Of a DNA stretch of 64,000 nt, positions 38,642-52,100 are shown piece by piece. The stretch's first letter is position 1, and each line of letters begins with the position of its first letter. The DNA lies in assembly GCA_044892505.1 (NCBI GenBank), contig CM097882.1, forward strand, positions 14,632,001 to 14,696,000, written 5' to 3'. The notes beneath the pieces are model-generated. The model was not told the DNA's origin and ran no database searches. It saw only the letters and a program-made list of their open reading frames with translations. The translations under genes were made by a program, and so were the position numbers. This DNA comes from Schmidtea nova. Taxonomy: Eukaryota.

Positions 38642-41600
38642 GATTGCACCGATCAATAAAACAAGCAATCAGAATAAAAACGAACCATAACAGCAACTGG
38701 TTGGAAAAATTACCAGAAATTTTGATAGGATTATACAACAATCATTCCATCACAAACAATTAACTTCCAAATCAATCGGTCTTTGGACAAAACCAAAATC
38801 TACCAAGTTTAAAAGATAACAACGAAAAAAAGACAAAAATAAATAACAAGATTAACGAACCTCAAATACTCTAACAGAAAAGTATGTTGAAAACCAAAAA
38901 AACCCAACAAATCCAAAACCAAACAAAATTAATTATCAACACAGTTTTGGTAAAGAAAACATTTTACAAAAACGTGGGCACAATACTAAAAGTCAACAAA
39001 CAGATCAAAATAAACATCCGCAGATTAAAACCATATCACGAAAACAAAACATCCATATTCAACAATTCACACAAAGAAAATTAAACAAAAAAACAGATTT
39101 CATTCAATAACCACAATACAATAAAAGAATTTGATAAGAACTCAATCATCACTTCACACAAAAAGCTATACAGTGAATGCCTCAAGTAACACAACAATCA
39201 TTCACACAATAAAACTTGCAAACATATCTCGATTTACAATTTTATATTTTTGTTTTATTGGTCTGATTTACTGCGTTACACAATACAACACAATGCACAT
39301 AACAAATGTATAGTACACATATAAATTGTACATATTTTATTGTTTAAATTATCATCTCCGAGGTAAAAAAATTGTAAAACTCACATTTGGATTTAATATG
39401 TTAACCTCCGGTTTTTCAAAGGGAAAGTTGTGTAGTGTACTTGATCGGATTCATTTTTGTCTTTATCAATTATGGTAATTTTGGGGGTTTGTGTTATTTT
39501 GATTTTTGATTTTAAACCCCCCCCCCCATACGATATTCCCCTTTGCTGTGTTCGCAGTTCTTTTATTGTTTTGTGATAGTTGTGAAATGATTGTGGAATA
39601 AATAATAAAATAATAAAATTTAAAATTAAAAAAAAATCAATTCCTATAGTTAAGGAAAAACTATAGGACTTGACAAGTGAGATGGAAAATTAAAAAAATA
39701 AAAATACGTAAAATTAAAACTTGAAATAAGAAAATATGGAATTTAAAAGATTTTTTTGAAGATTATGGAAAATTTAGGTTTTATTTTCTGTGGTTTTTAA
39801 CTACCTGAGTAGGTGTTATTTTTTATTTTATATACGTTAAGTAAATAAAATTTGTTATCAAATTGGTTTGATTTATTATTTGTTACCACAAAATAAATAC
39901 ACACACAAATAAAACATAACAAGCACCCCAGCTGTCCTGATACACTTTTACAGGTGACTCGGCTGGGCTCAACAAACTTCTTTAAAAACACATTTATTTT
40001 ACATAATTATACTACTCATTACAAACTCTACATAATTGGTGTAAAAAAGTATGTTTCATCGTCGGTCTCTGTTCATTGGGAACTTCTGTTTCTCACAACT
40101 CTCTTGTCTACAACATCTGATGTATGGGACGAAAAAAAATAATAAAAATGAGTCGTTATTAATTCTATTAAAATGAAGTCCGTCAAACATAATAAGATTA
40201 TATTTGATTTTATTACAACAGAGTTTATAGTGGAACGATTTCCGATTATAGGTAAATATCTGTAAGCGAATCCGGGTAAGATACTTGCGCAGTCAATTGT
40301 CACGCAAAATTTCCTAGTTGTAACCGACGTCGTTGATTAAATCCCATTCGATTTTTCTTTACTTTCGGAGTTTTACTTTCCGGTGCTTTGGCAGTGGCCC
40401 TGTCAACTTCCACCGTTATCGATGGTTTAATCCATGAGTCATAAGTGAAAGGTCGTAGATTAGTTTCCATAAAAGTTTTAATCATGTATTTGTGGCAGTT
40501 ACGCAATTCCAATCGGACTGCATCTAATTCTAACTGTACATCAACTATGGCTCTTTGCGCTCTTTCGGTTTTCTATATTTGTTCCTTCATTTGCTGGGGA
40601 AAGAAGTAGCTCTTCTCTACGAGGATAATTTTTCGTTTTAATTTATTGATCTCCGTTTCATGCCACTGGTTAGTTTAGCGCATATATTTGCATAAACTAA
40701 TGGGGTTTTGACTGATTCCAGTAGTCATTCTGAATTCAATTTTTATTATGACTTAATCAGATGAAATATGTAAGACACCCCCCAGTCTATCTCATTATTC
40801 GTGATGCCCTGGCTTTAGAACCTCTAAATTCGGTTTAATTTTCAATCACTCTCTACATATAATCAAACAACAAAATTAAGTGAACATTTTATACAACTAA
40901 ATACGAAAACTAAGATTTTATTTTTTATACAAATATCTAAGTGTCATATAATAGATAAACGAGCTTGTCATGCACTGTAGAAATTAAATGAGGATCCCTT
41001 GACCGATCTCTTCTGGAATTTTACACTCACAAAAATCGGAAATATTGCAGCTCAAACAGCTTGAAAACTGGGTGGTCCCGATCAATTTTTGTTTTCGAGG
41101 TGGTCTTGGTGGAGATAATAGAAATTTTCCCATCACGTCGAATTCAGCTTTCGGAATGTACCCGAAACGAACAATTCGGATTACTTCTACATTTTTATCT
41201 TTTATCTGCAAAAATTAAGTTGCGTTTATCGGATCGTAGGCCTCTTCAGGATCGACCGGTCATCATTGGCTTTCCCGCTACCAGATTTTATCACTTTCAC
41301 CCTTCCAGATGGTGAATGGGCATCTGCGTTTCCTCTCTTTGCACCACTACATCATGGTGACTTCCACTTCTTGGCCAACTTCATAAGGTTTAAGCTTCAA
41401 GGGTCTCAGTACTCTCTGATTTTGTCCTTCAATTTTCGAGAGACATTACAAATATCGGCTTGATAGTTACAAGTTCAACTGTTGAATGAAACTGTCGTCT
41501 TGCATGTTCATACAATTTCTTTGAAAATTTTAAGATATAATCGATTTAATGGTTCTATTGATGAATGGCTCAACCTCAACCTCAACCTCAAACACTCCCC

Positions 41601-44290
41601 TTAACTTATATTCCCACTATAGAATTTAGATAAAAAATGTGAAATTCCTAGAGTATTTATTATTTATTGAAACCGCGCAACTCGAAGGTCACGGCGGTTT
41701 CTCCTGAACCCCGCGACTTGTCACCACGGAGGCTCAGGCCCATTAATTGGGAATGTAAAGTTTGAGGGTTTACCCACGAATGAAAATTATACACAAATAA
41801 AAATCACAAAACAACTAATTACTTGTATTTAATATCTTGATACAAATTACAAGCTTCAAAAATTTATAAATGAGTTGTTTCCAAATTTATCTAAATGTCA
41901 GTAATGATGCGATCTACGAAAATGCTGCGATAGATTAGTAATATAAAACTCTCTCAATGAACATATTCTGTCAAAATTTAATGGTATTCTAAACTGACTT
42001 TAGTGTCGGTATATATACCAGTATTGGGTTTCTATTGATCAATCAGAATTGGCCCACCAACCTGCCACAGTAAGTAATTTGATTTGTTTATGTATTAATT
42101 CTAATTGACATTTTCAGGTTTTCGGTATCTCTTTGCTCAATATTCAATTTCGATAATTGATAATGTGGTATTGTTTTCTCTAACCAGGTGAGTTTGTTTG
42201 TTAATATTATTCTTTTAAACTTTTATTAACAGGTTTATTTTTTGGTTCATTCGGATTAATTCTGCTACGCTTAGAGTTTAATTTTTAATTCTTATTCATT
42301 TATTTACTTTTTAGACTCTCTGATTGGCCCAACATATATAACAAAGATCGAGTGATTTTAAGAATCTATAATCTAGCTTGATAGTGGCTGTGACGAATTA
42401 TACAATAGCGGTAGGTTTGTCAGGTTCTTCTTCTCAGACTTCTGCTACTTATTGACCTATCGATTAGTATAGATATTTGGAAATAATTTTAATATTTACA
42501 AAAATGAGATAGACAATGCATAGACGAAGAAGATCGAGCAATTATATGTTGATCTATGTATTGTAGCAAGATCTTTTTACTTTTTATCCTGGAATACTAT
42601 ACTGAATTTCAAATAGAATAGAATATGATTCTAAACGCAATATTACTTTGAAAAAAAATCTTGCTTTTGGCCAGGCCACCAACGATGAGGTGAATGAGGA
42701 TGATTAAGTGTTGCCATCAAAGATGGACCAAAAAATGTATCACATCTACTCTCCGAAATGCTTCAATGACTACTAAATCGATACTAGACCGCTAAAAAAA
42801 ATCAAGATCAGAAGGTATGGAAAAAATTATTAAAGTTAAAAAAAATACTATAAATTAGTAATTGATTTTTGAATGCGAATGTGGTCATTTGGGTTATAAC
42901 TGGAATTTAATTGTCGCAATAACAAAATATTCATGAAATAAAAATCAAAAGAAATTTAATAAAAATCGAATGAATAAAATTAATAATTATTGAGATTTAT
43001 AAAGTTTATCATAATACAACAAAATAAATAAAATATCTGTGATTGGTGTATGACCAATCCACCACCTTTCAAAAAACTCCTTACATTTTTCCGGACCTCT
43101 TTCAAAAAATTTCGTTTTTGAATAACATTATCCAATAATCCAAAACTCTTTTTTGGATCAAGAGTTTTAAACGAGTGTTGATCTTCTAACAACTGAAAGT
43201 GTTGTTGAAAGTGGCTAATGACAATTGTTCAAATTTAAAAAAATGATCGCTTTGTCTCAATTTTTTAAAATGAGAGTTATTTTGTCGAATTTGATAGCGG
43301 TTTATATACTGTGAATTTTTACTTCTTTATTTGATGCAGTAAAACAAATTTTTTCTTAATTTTTCCAATAAAATTCATTTCATTTTTTCAAAATTTAAAT
43401 TAATATTTATGTGTAAATTTTTTAAAAATTTAAATAAATTCATTTTAATCTAAAATTTTATTTTTAGACAAAGTTTTCCCTAATTTAATAAATTTTTATT
43501 CAAATTATTTTCTTTGGTGTTTTTATCATTTAGTTTAATATAAATCTAAAAGTTTTCCATAAAATATTTGAAATTTTTCTAATTTTTAGTTAGTTTACTG
43601 CAATTAATGTTATTATATTATTTTTGTGTAACAAACTTATTTGGGCTTAATTTTAGCCCAACATAAAAATCTCGCGGGCTTCCCAAATTGCTACTTTCAA
43701 TTTCAAATTCAAAGAGGTTAAGAGTCAAGAAAATTATTATGGCAAACGGTTGTACACAAATACACGAGCTACATGGTCGTGATTGTGCCTACGCGTACAA
43801 TAAAAACAAAATTTCAACTTTATAAAAATTCATTCCATATAAGTCAATAAGTTTACATTGACTCGAAAAATTAAAAAATAAAATATGCGCCTACAGCGGC
43901 TTGAATAAAAGTTTAATATGAGTCTACAGTGACTCGAATTAAAGTTTTTCAAAGTTTTTAATTGTTAAATTTATCAATCAAGTCTGTTTGATTTTGGTTG
44001 GGATGGTTTGAACATTTTATTTGTTGTTTCTTGGTTTGAATTGGTTCTTTGCTCCATTTGCCATTTCTATATCGTATGAGGATGTTTGATCTCTGATCAG
44101 ATGACTAGCTACCAGTATAAATGAAGAGAACAAAGTTAACAAATTGCCATGGGGTAAGTCTTTTAATTAAAATTTAAAGTAAGTATTTTGTTCTATTATT
44201 TAAACTTTTAAATTTGGTCAACATTTAAAGTTAGTTTACTTTTACTATTTTATTTATAAATACAAGTTGGTTTGTCGTTAGCAGAGTTTA

Positions 44291-44385
44291 TTAAAATATA
44301 ATAATAAGGTAACAATAGTAAGCCTTCTCCGCAAATTAACATTGCGGAGAAGGCTAACTATTGTTACCTTATTATTATATTTTAA
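44291..44385. repeat. Hairpin with 44-bp arms (one mismatch) and 7-nt loop
   Basis: TTAAAATATAATAATAAGGTAACAATAGTAAGCCTTCTCCGCAA-attaaca-TTGCGGAGAAGGCTAACTATTGTTACCTTATTATTATATTTTAA. Confidence 0.9.
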
Positions 44386-45069
44386 TTATTGATAAGCTTT
44401 AATTTTATATATGTTGGGGATGTGGTAAACAGACATGAAAAAAATTAAATAGCTCAAATACTGTGTGCAAATCAATAAATATACAAAAATTTTATAATAA
44501 TTTAAGTACAAAAATTATTATAAATTTGGAAAAATTAAGAATAAAGGTTCAATTGGGGAAACTGGTATGGGAGGATGTCAAATGATGAGACAAATTAAAT
44601 AAGGTTATTTAAATTTAAAAAATGGTCTCCAGAAAAAGATATTTAATAAATATAAATTAATGAATAATTTATTAGTTATGTAGGAAACCCGAGTCAATAG
44701 GAAACCCGGGCTAGTGGAGAGCCCAAACAAGGTGAAAACCTGAAATTAAAATTAAATCACGAGAAGCGCAAATCAAGCAAATCTAATTATAATAAATTGT
44801 AATCAGCAAAAGCGAATTTACAAAAGTTGATAATCAAATTACATTCCAAGTATGGGAACGCAATCAAATGGTTGAAAAAGTAGAAAAACTATAAAAACGA
44901 CAAAGAAAAAACATCTAATCACCAGTTGGGTCAAAGCAAAAAGTCAAAATAAAGGTAAGGAAAAAGTTTAAAGTGATATTAAGAAATTCGATAAGAAGGG
45001 AAATAAAATTTTCTCGGTTACTACAAAGACAGATTTCCCATTGGGACACCTACCCTAATGTTTGAAGTG

Positions 45070-47394
45070 TAGGCTGGCCATTTTCGCGGAATCATCCGGG
45101 ACAGTCCCGGATTGGCACCTCTGTCACGGAATCGCGGTTTAGTTCCAATATGTCCGGGTTTAGAATTTCTTTTTCTTTTTTAAGCTTTGCATATATTCGT
45201 AAAGGAAAAATTTAAAAGGTCATTCGCAGCTAGGTCATTTTTACATTGAGAAATTTCTGAAAATTGGTTTAAAATCAATATCTGTTCTTAGAAAATACAC
45301 AAAGCCATTTGTTTCAGTTGTAAAACTCTTGTAAGTATGAATTTAATATTTGCTTGATTGAAAAAATTGATTAGGAATGATTAGATCAAGAATGTCATCA
45401 GCAAGTAAACATCAAAAAACATCATGGAATGATAAATACTCTTTCGAGTTTGGATTTATACAAAAAGTTCAGGATGATGAATCACGGGCGCTTTGTACAA
45501 TCTGTTCAAGTCGATTTCTTATCGTTCATGGTGGTCGTCGAGATATTCTGAATCACATCAAGTCAGATCGTCATACATCAGGTGTAAAAGCTGGATAATC
45601 AAGCAAGAAAGTCAGCGATTATTTTCAGAAATTGACAGCAACGAATGAGGAGCAGAAGGTAGCCGGAAAAGAAGCAGTTTTTGCATTTCACACTGCAAAA
45701 CACAATTATTCATTTCGTTCAAATGACTGTACTGCTGGATTTATCAGAGGACTCGTGATCCAAAGTTTTCACTCAGAAAGACACAGACTGCAAAATTGAT
45801 CTCCAAATTATTGGCTCCATTCATTGACAAACCAATCAAAAAAGCATTAAGCAAGGCAAATTTTGTCTCTCTTATTACCGACACATCAAACCATGAAAAC
45901 ATAAAAATGCTGCCGATCGTTGTACGATATTTTGATCCAGTCAAAGGTGTTGTCAATAAGAAATTGGCTACTGTATCGATTTCTAATGAGCAGTCTTAAA
46001 GACAATCTTCAAAGAAATTGTGAAAGTGATAAGGGAGGGAAGCTTGTTAGATAAAGTTGTTGCATACGCTGCTGATAACAGCAACCTAAACTTTGGCGGC
46101 GTGGAGAGGAATGGAGGGAATAATGTTTGGAGAAAACTTCAAAGAGAATTGAATCAAAAAATAATTGCCAATGGATGTATGGCACACATAGCGCATTACG
46201 CTTCTCGAGGTAGACATTGAAGCCATAGTTGTGAAAATTCATAAGCATTTCCGTATTTTTACTGTGCGTACTGAACCATTTAAGAACCTATGCCAAGACA
46301 TTGATTAAGTCTTCATGCCAACGAAAAGCCACTCTGAAACTAGATTCCTCTCTCTCGAGCCTGCAGTCAAAAGAATTATCGAAATGTTTGAGCTTTTAAA
46401 ACATTATTTTCTAGGCTTAGAGAAATGTGCTCCAGTGATTTGTTCTTTCTTCAACAATTCTCAAGGAGAGTTTTGGGTTCTCTTCATGGTCAATCAGCTC
46501 AAGAACATCAGTGACTCCATCAAGCTTATTGAAGCATCATCAACTACTTCTTTTGAAGCTTTCGATGAGCTTGCAACATTGAAAGTCAAGCTTACCAATA
46601 GTATGAATTATTCTTTTTTGCCAACTGCTGTGCAATCTGAGTATGAAAAGTTTGACAAACGAACTCAAGAAAGCATCAAGGACAAAGTCAGAGATTTTTA
46701 TTCGACAACAATCGAATATATTGATTTATGGGGAAAATCAGTTGATGGATCTGAAGTATTTTCATGGCTTATTTTGAGAAAGTATCCAGGTTGGAATGAT
46801 GTCGAAAAATCTTTTAAATATGCTGAAGACAGATTTGGAAAGGAAATTCAATCCAAGATCGACCGAGACTTATTGTTTGATGAAGTTCAATTGATGAAAA
46901 GCTTTGTCATATACAATTTGAACGTCTGGACTACCAGCAACCTTGCTCTCGATGAAGTATGGTGCCAAATCTTCATGCATTTTCGACAAACTGTTACTCA
47001 ACTCGTCAATTTGGAAAGGATTGTGGAGTTCGCGTTTCCTTTAGCAGGTACTTTAACCGAGGTTGAGCGACTTTTTTCGTTAGAAAAACAAATATGGAGC
47101 GTTCAGAAAAGCAGATTGGAAATAGAGACTCTCGATTCCTTACTTACTATCCAATTCAATGAGGAATTATAGCAGTCAATTCTAAGACATGATTAAAAAG
47201 GATACAGTTTCTTCGATAAGGTGCACTCAAGTGGAAAATATGATTATAAAAATTTGTAATATGAAAGTTTCAATAATAAAACTAATAAAGGTGAAATTTT
47301 GACATATTTTCTCTATTTTACTGACAATTTCAACCATGTCCCGGTTCTTAACAAAAATGTCCCGGAATTTTTAAAAAACCTTCTGGCCAGCCTA
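45070..47394 (+). mobile_element. Full-length but mutated hAT transposon (Blackjack-like); transposase about 45377-47240
   Basis: TIRs TAGGCTGGCCA / TGGCCAGCCTA, exact TSD TTGAAGTG, subterminal GTCCCGG motifs. Motifs CTIC...H...H zinc finger, SLITDTSNH, YAADN, CMAH, SETRFLSL and TEVERLFS, with several stops and frameshifts. Confidence 0.92.
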
Positions 47395-47867
47395 TTGAAG
47401 TGTGCAGATCCAAATTTGTGTGTATTGACAAATTTGAAAATAAAGATTATTGTGTTGGGTTTTCTTCATTGTTATTAAAGAAAGAACACAGGAGTCAAAT
47501 ATCAACCGACTATTTGTTAATAAGCCAATAGATTTTAAAAATGATAAGTTATAATAATTGAAAGGTAAATTCCATTGTTTTATAATAAATTATTATTTAT
47601 TTTAGATTTATCAAATTCTCACCAGGAATCAGCCAAAATCATACAAGTGGTAATTTTATACCATGTTGTGTATTGTTTTTATTAAATTGATGTGTTTATT
47701 AAAATTAAATACAAGTTTCGGATCAGATAAAAAAATGCCCATTTATAGATCAGGTAAAAAAAATGCCCAAAAATTTTTATCATATATAGTGACGATATTT
47801 AGATTAATATTTGTTTAAATATTACAGTTTTAAATAGAATATAATTTTGGAAATAACGTCTTATATT

Positions 47868-49130
47868 ATGACTAATAATGGAAATGTTACTGGCGACCAC
47901 GCCGAAATCGCAGCTATTACAAGATCACAACAAAGGCAGAAAATTGTCGAATCTTTGCCAAAAAATATTCAAGAATCGATTTACCCAGTGATAAATAAGT
48001 TTTTTGGAGGAAAAGAAGAAAATGCAAAGGACTGGCTTGAATCTATTGAAGAATTTGTGACGATAAATTCGCTCAATTTAGGAGCAGCATTCGATTTATT
48101 ATTACACGGAGATGCAAAAGAATTATGGATGGCCTTTAAGGAGACACTTAAGACTCCGGCTTCAGATCAAGAGGTAAAAGGTTGGTTTATTTTAAAATAT
48201 GTAAAATCCAAAAGTTTTTTACAAAATATCGAAGACATGAGTCTGATAAAGCAGAGGTCGGACGAAAGGTTTGAAAATTTTATAATCAGAGTGAGGAAAT
48301 TAGTCCGTGAAGTTCTTTCCGCAAATCAAACGGAAGACATGATTGTCAAGGATATTGTTACAAAACGTATGTATTCAGAAAAAGTTAAGGATGCAATTGC
48401 AATGAACCCAGAAGTATCTCTCACAGAAATAGAGAAAATGAATGTAAACTTTGAAAATAATTTACATACAGAAGACACCAGAGAGATATTTGCACTGGCA
48501 GATAATAGGAAACAATCGTCATATGCATCTGTAACAAGAAATAAAATCCCAGTAAGGCAGAATGTTCACCCAGTGATTAGACCATCAGTTCCAGAGACTA
48601 ATCTGTATGTCAGTGATAAAAGAAATTACGACAAAAATGGCAATAGACCACATTTCACTGAAAGAAGGCGAAATTCAGAAAGTTTATTGGTTAATGAGAG
48701 ACCCAATAGGCCTATGGTTTCTATGAAACATATTGCAAGACGAGTTTACAACAAAGCGAAAGGGTTTCCGGAACCAGAATTGCGACCCTTACAACCCGGT
48801 CAATGTTATTGTTGTGGCGAATCAGGTCATATTCGGAACAATTGTCCTTTAAGCAAATGTTGTTTAATATGTGGTAAAAATGATCATTTTTTTAATAATT
48901 GCCCTCTATTAAGAAGTAATAATACAAGAAAAATCCACTGTATTCAAGAAGAGAATGATTTAGGAAATCTGACTTATTCGTATGAAAACCTTGAGAATAA
49001 TGGCACGTCAGAATCTGAAGTAAATGAAATAGGATCGATTACAGGAGGTCATAGAAGATATAACAAAGAACGTCCTTTAAACGAGATACGCTCTATGGCA
49101 AACATTTCGTCTGTGGAGTCGTTGAATTAA
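47868..49130 (+). CDS. Gypsy Gag with two CCHC zinc knuckles
   Basis: Open frame from ATG 47868; capsid-like WLESIEEF and ERFENFIIRV segments; CYCCGESGHIRNNC and CLICGKNDHFFNNC. Confidence 0.9.
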   Translation: MTNNGNVTGDHAEIAAITRSQQRQKIVESLPKNIQESIYPVINKFFGGKEENAKDWLESIEEFVTINSLNLGAAFDLLLHGDAKELWMAFKETLKTPASDQEVKGWFILKYVKSKSFLQNIEDMSLIKQRSDERFENFIIRVRKLVREVLSANQTEDMIVKDIVTKRMYSEKVKDAIAMNPEVSLTEIEKMNVNFENNLHTEDTREIFALADNRKQSSYASVTRNKIPVRQNVHPVIRPSVPETNLYVSDKRNYDKNGNRPHFTERRRNSESLLVNERPNRPMVSMKHIARRVYNKAKGFPEPELRPLQPGQCYCCGESGHIRNNCPLSKCCLICGKNDHFFNNCPLLRSNNTRKIHCIQEENDLGNLTYSYENLENNGTSESEVNEIGSITGGHRRYNKERPLNEIRSMANISSVESLN

Positions 49131-52100
49131 ATGTGAAGAACACAGAAAACCGAAATGTTATGATGTTCAAGAAGACGGATGGAAGGTGGTGGAGTTTTGT
49201 TCAATGATGTGGAAAAGTGATTGAGATGTTGTGGGATACAGGTGCATCGGTTACGGTAATGTCAGAGGCCATATGGAGAAAGTGTGGCAGTCCAGTTTTA
49301 AAACCGTTGGATATTGCGCTTAGAGGTGCGTTTGGAAATAAACCGATATCATGCTTAGGTGATTTTATGACTTCGATTGTTTGGAATGAATTGTGTCAGA
49401 AAGTAAAGGTAATTGTGGTTAGAGATATAAGTCCAAGTTTTGTGGGTGGAATGAATTTGATTTTAGCTTTTAAAATAAAACTGGTGCCAGATACATCAAT
49501 TGCATTAATCGATTCAGATACGGTTGGTGTTAGCTACAGTGATAAAGAACGATGTCAAAAAGCGCTGGATGTTTTTGGACCAAATCCAAATCCAAAACTG
49601 GTGGAGTTAGTAACCATGTATAGTTCGATCTTCATGGCATCGGATTTTGATTTAGGTTGTACTAGTTTAGTTACTCATACTATAAAAACGTCGGGAAATC
49701 CAATAATTCAAAATCACAGGCGCATCGCAATGCAAATGGAATCAAAAGTGGACGATATGATTATGAAATTATTAAAAATGGGCATTATCAGGAAATGCCA
49801 AAGCCCATGGAACTCACCTACGGTCGTGGTAGGTAAAAAAGATGGATCAATCAGAATGTGTCAAGACTTTAGGAAAGTCAATGAAGTTACTGAAAAATTC
49901 AGTTTTCCAATGGCGGACTCCCAAACAATATTCGATTCTTTGTCCGGATCTTCAGTTTTTTCATCTCTAGACTTGGGGCAGGCATATTATCAGGTATATG
50001 TTGATGAGGCGTCTCAGTTAAAAACAGCGTTTTCTACAAAGAAGGGACAGTTTTGCTACAATCGAATGCCATTTGGATTATCCACAGCTCCAGCAACTTT
50101 CCAAAGACTTATGCACATATTATTTGATGATATTTTGTATAACGGTGTTGCAGCATATTTAGATGATGTTCTGATATATGGAAAAAACTATCGAAGAACA
50201 CAATAGAAATTTGGAGGAAGTTTTCAAGCGAATTAAATTAGCGGGGTTAAGGATCAATCCTAAGAAATGTAGTTTTTATAAAAGTGAATTGATATTCTTG
50301 GGGCATAAAATTTCAGCAGAAGGTATATCCACGAATAACAAGATGATAAAAAGAATTATTGAGGTTGAAATACCGAAATGCAGTAAACAACTACGTTCAT
50401 TTTTGGGATTAGCAAATTATTATAGCAAATTTGTTCCAAATTTTGCTGAAATAGCCAAACCGTTATATGAAGCTACAAAGGGACATGAAAAAGATATTAA
50501 ATGGAATGACGAGTGTGAGGAAAGTTTCCAAAAACTTAAGCATGCACTATCGAGTGCACCAATATTGGCGTTTCCAAATAAGGTCGATTACTTTATTTTG
50601 GATACTGATGCGTGTTTTAGCGGAATTGGTGCTGTTCTAAGCCAAGTTCAAAATGGTTGTGAAAAAGTCATAGCATATGGTTCAAGACTTTTAAGTGCTC
50701 ATGAGAAAGGATACTGTGTGACTAGAAAAGAATTATTAGCAATATACGAGTACGTCTTATATTTTCGGCATTATTTATATGGAAAAAAATTTTGATATAC
50801 GTACGGATCACAAGGCTTTAAAGTTCTTAAAGTCAACTTCGAAACCAATAAGTCCACAATTCCAAACATGGTTGAGTGAGTTGTCTGGTTATGATTTTGA
50901 TTTAAAATATAGGAAAGGTGAAAATCATAGTAACGCTGATGGACTATCGAGGATATTACTAAGTTATTGCTCACAATGTCAAACCGAACACGAAGAAGGA
51001 AAACTTGAGAAGAGCCGAATAAGATTTTTGAACGTGATTACTTCAAGTAATTTAAATATGCAGGTATATATTGAGAATCAGGAAACAGATAATTTGCTGT
51101 CTACAATAAAGAAATATGTACTAAACCCGAGTCCCGAGATACCTCACTTGATTCGGGATTCACCTTATTCCAAAAGACTGGATCAGATATTTGTAAAAGA
51201 CAATCTGTTATTAATAGTAAATGATGATAAGCAGAAGATAATAATTCCGCAGAAAATGGTGTCACAAGTCGTACAGCATATGCACAAAGAACTCTGTCAT
51301 TTAGGAGTTAAGAAAACAACAAATTATATGAACGATTATTTTTTTTGGATACACATGGTAGCCGATATACGAGATATTATAAAAAAATGTGATGTATGCA
51401 TGAGAAGGAAAGTATTGACAAGTAAGACAGCTGAGTATTTAATTCCTAGGGTAATAATGAGTTCGATGGAACAAATCGTAATCGATATTGCTCATATGAA
51501 AGAAACCAGAAACCGTAACCGTTATTTGGTAGTAATAATTGATCAGTTCAGCAAGATGGTTAGTTTAACGCCTACTCAGAACCAAGATGAAAAGACAATA
51601 TATCGGGTACTTTTACACAATTGGATATACAAATTCGGTAAACCAGCTTACATTGTTTCGGATAGAGGTAAAGTTTTCGAAGGAAGTCAAATCAAAGGGT
51701 TAATGGATAATTTTAACATCGAATGGATATTTACCTCACCATATGATCATAAGTCTAATGGTTTAGCAGAACGGGTAATACGAACGGTTCGTGATATGAT
51801 CGTGACATTTCTGAATGATGGGCAAACTGGAGGGTGTTGGGATGACATCATGCCAAAAATTGAATATTCCCTGAACTCAACAACACAGAGTTCTACGGGA
51901 TTTTCGCCAATGGAAATACTATTTGGAAGAAAGGTTAATATACATGGAAAGAATTCATTTATAGATCTTAATCGAGAACAAGTATTATTGACAGCACAGA
52001 ATAATATTAAGGTAGCGGCAGATAAAATGAGATCAAGAGATGCAGATAAGAAAATTCATCGGCATTTTGAGGTTGGTCAGAGAGTTCTAGTAAAAATGGA

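Larger units (their letters stand above)
29100..39430 (+). mobile_element. Old decayed Gypsy family 3 pol, interrupted by a MULE, a Maverick and a hAT
   Basis: LRVCGDY..LN (29510), KIDLKNAYNQI (31546), YLEDILI, STFDRELLAL...TDHKP (32290-32395), HNAYHPG (37540), HFDIVDPLP and AYNPQSNEKVERLH (37980). The reading resumes across each TSD. PPT-like AAAGGGAAAG at about 39418. Confidence 0.85.

Noticed and set aside
42980-43320. Possible second Merlin or other DDE transposase fragment
   Set aside because: Only faint resemblance; no catalytic motif, TIR or TSD could be supported.
49205-49207. TGA before the protease as programmed readthrough or a genetic-code variant
   Set aside because: A frameshift signal already explains gag-pol fusion, and host genes use the standard code. 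A point mutation or sequencing error is simpler.
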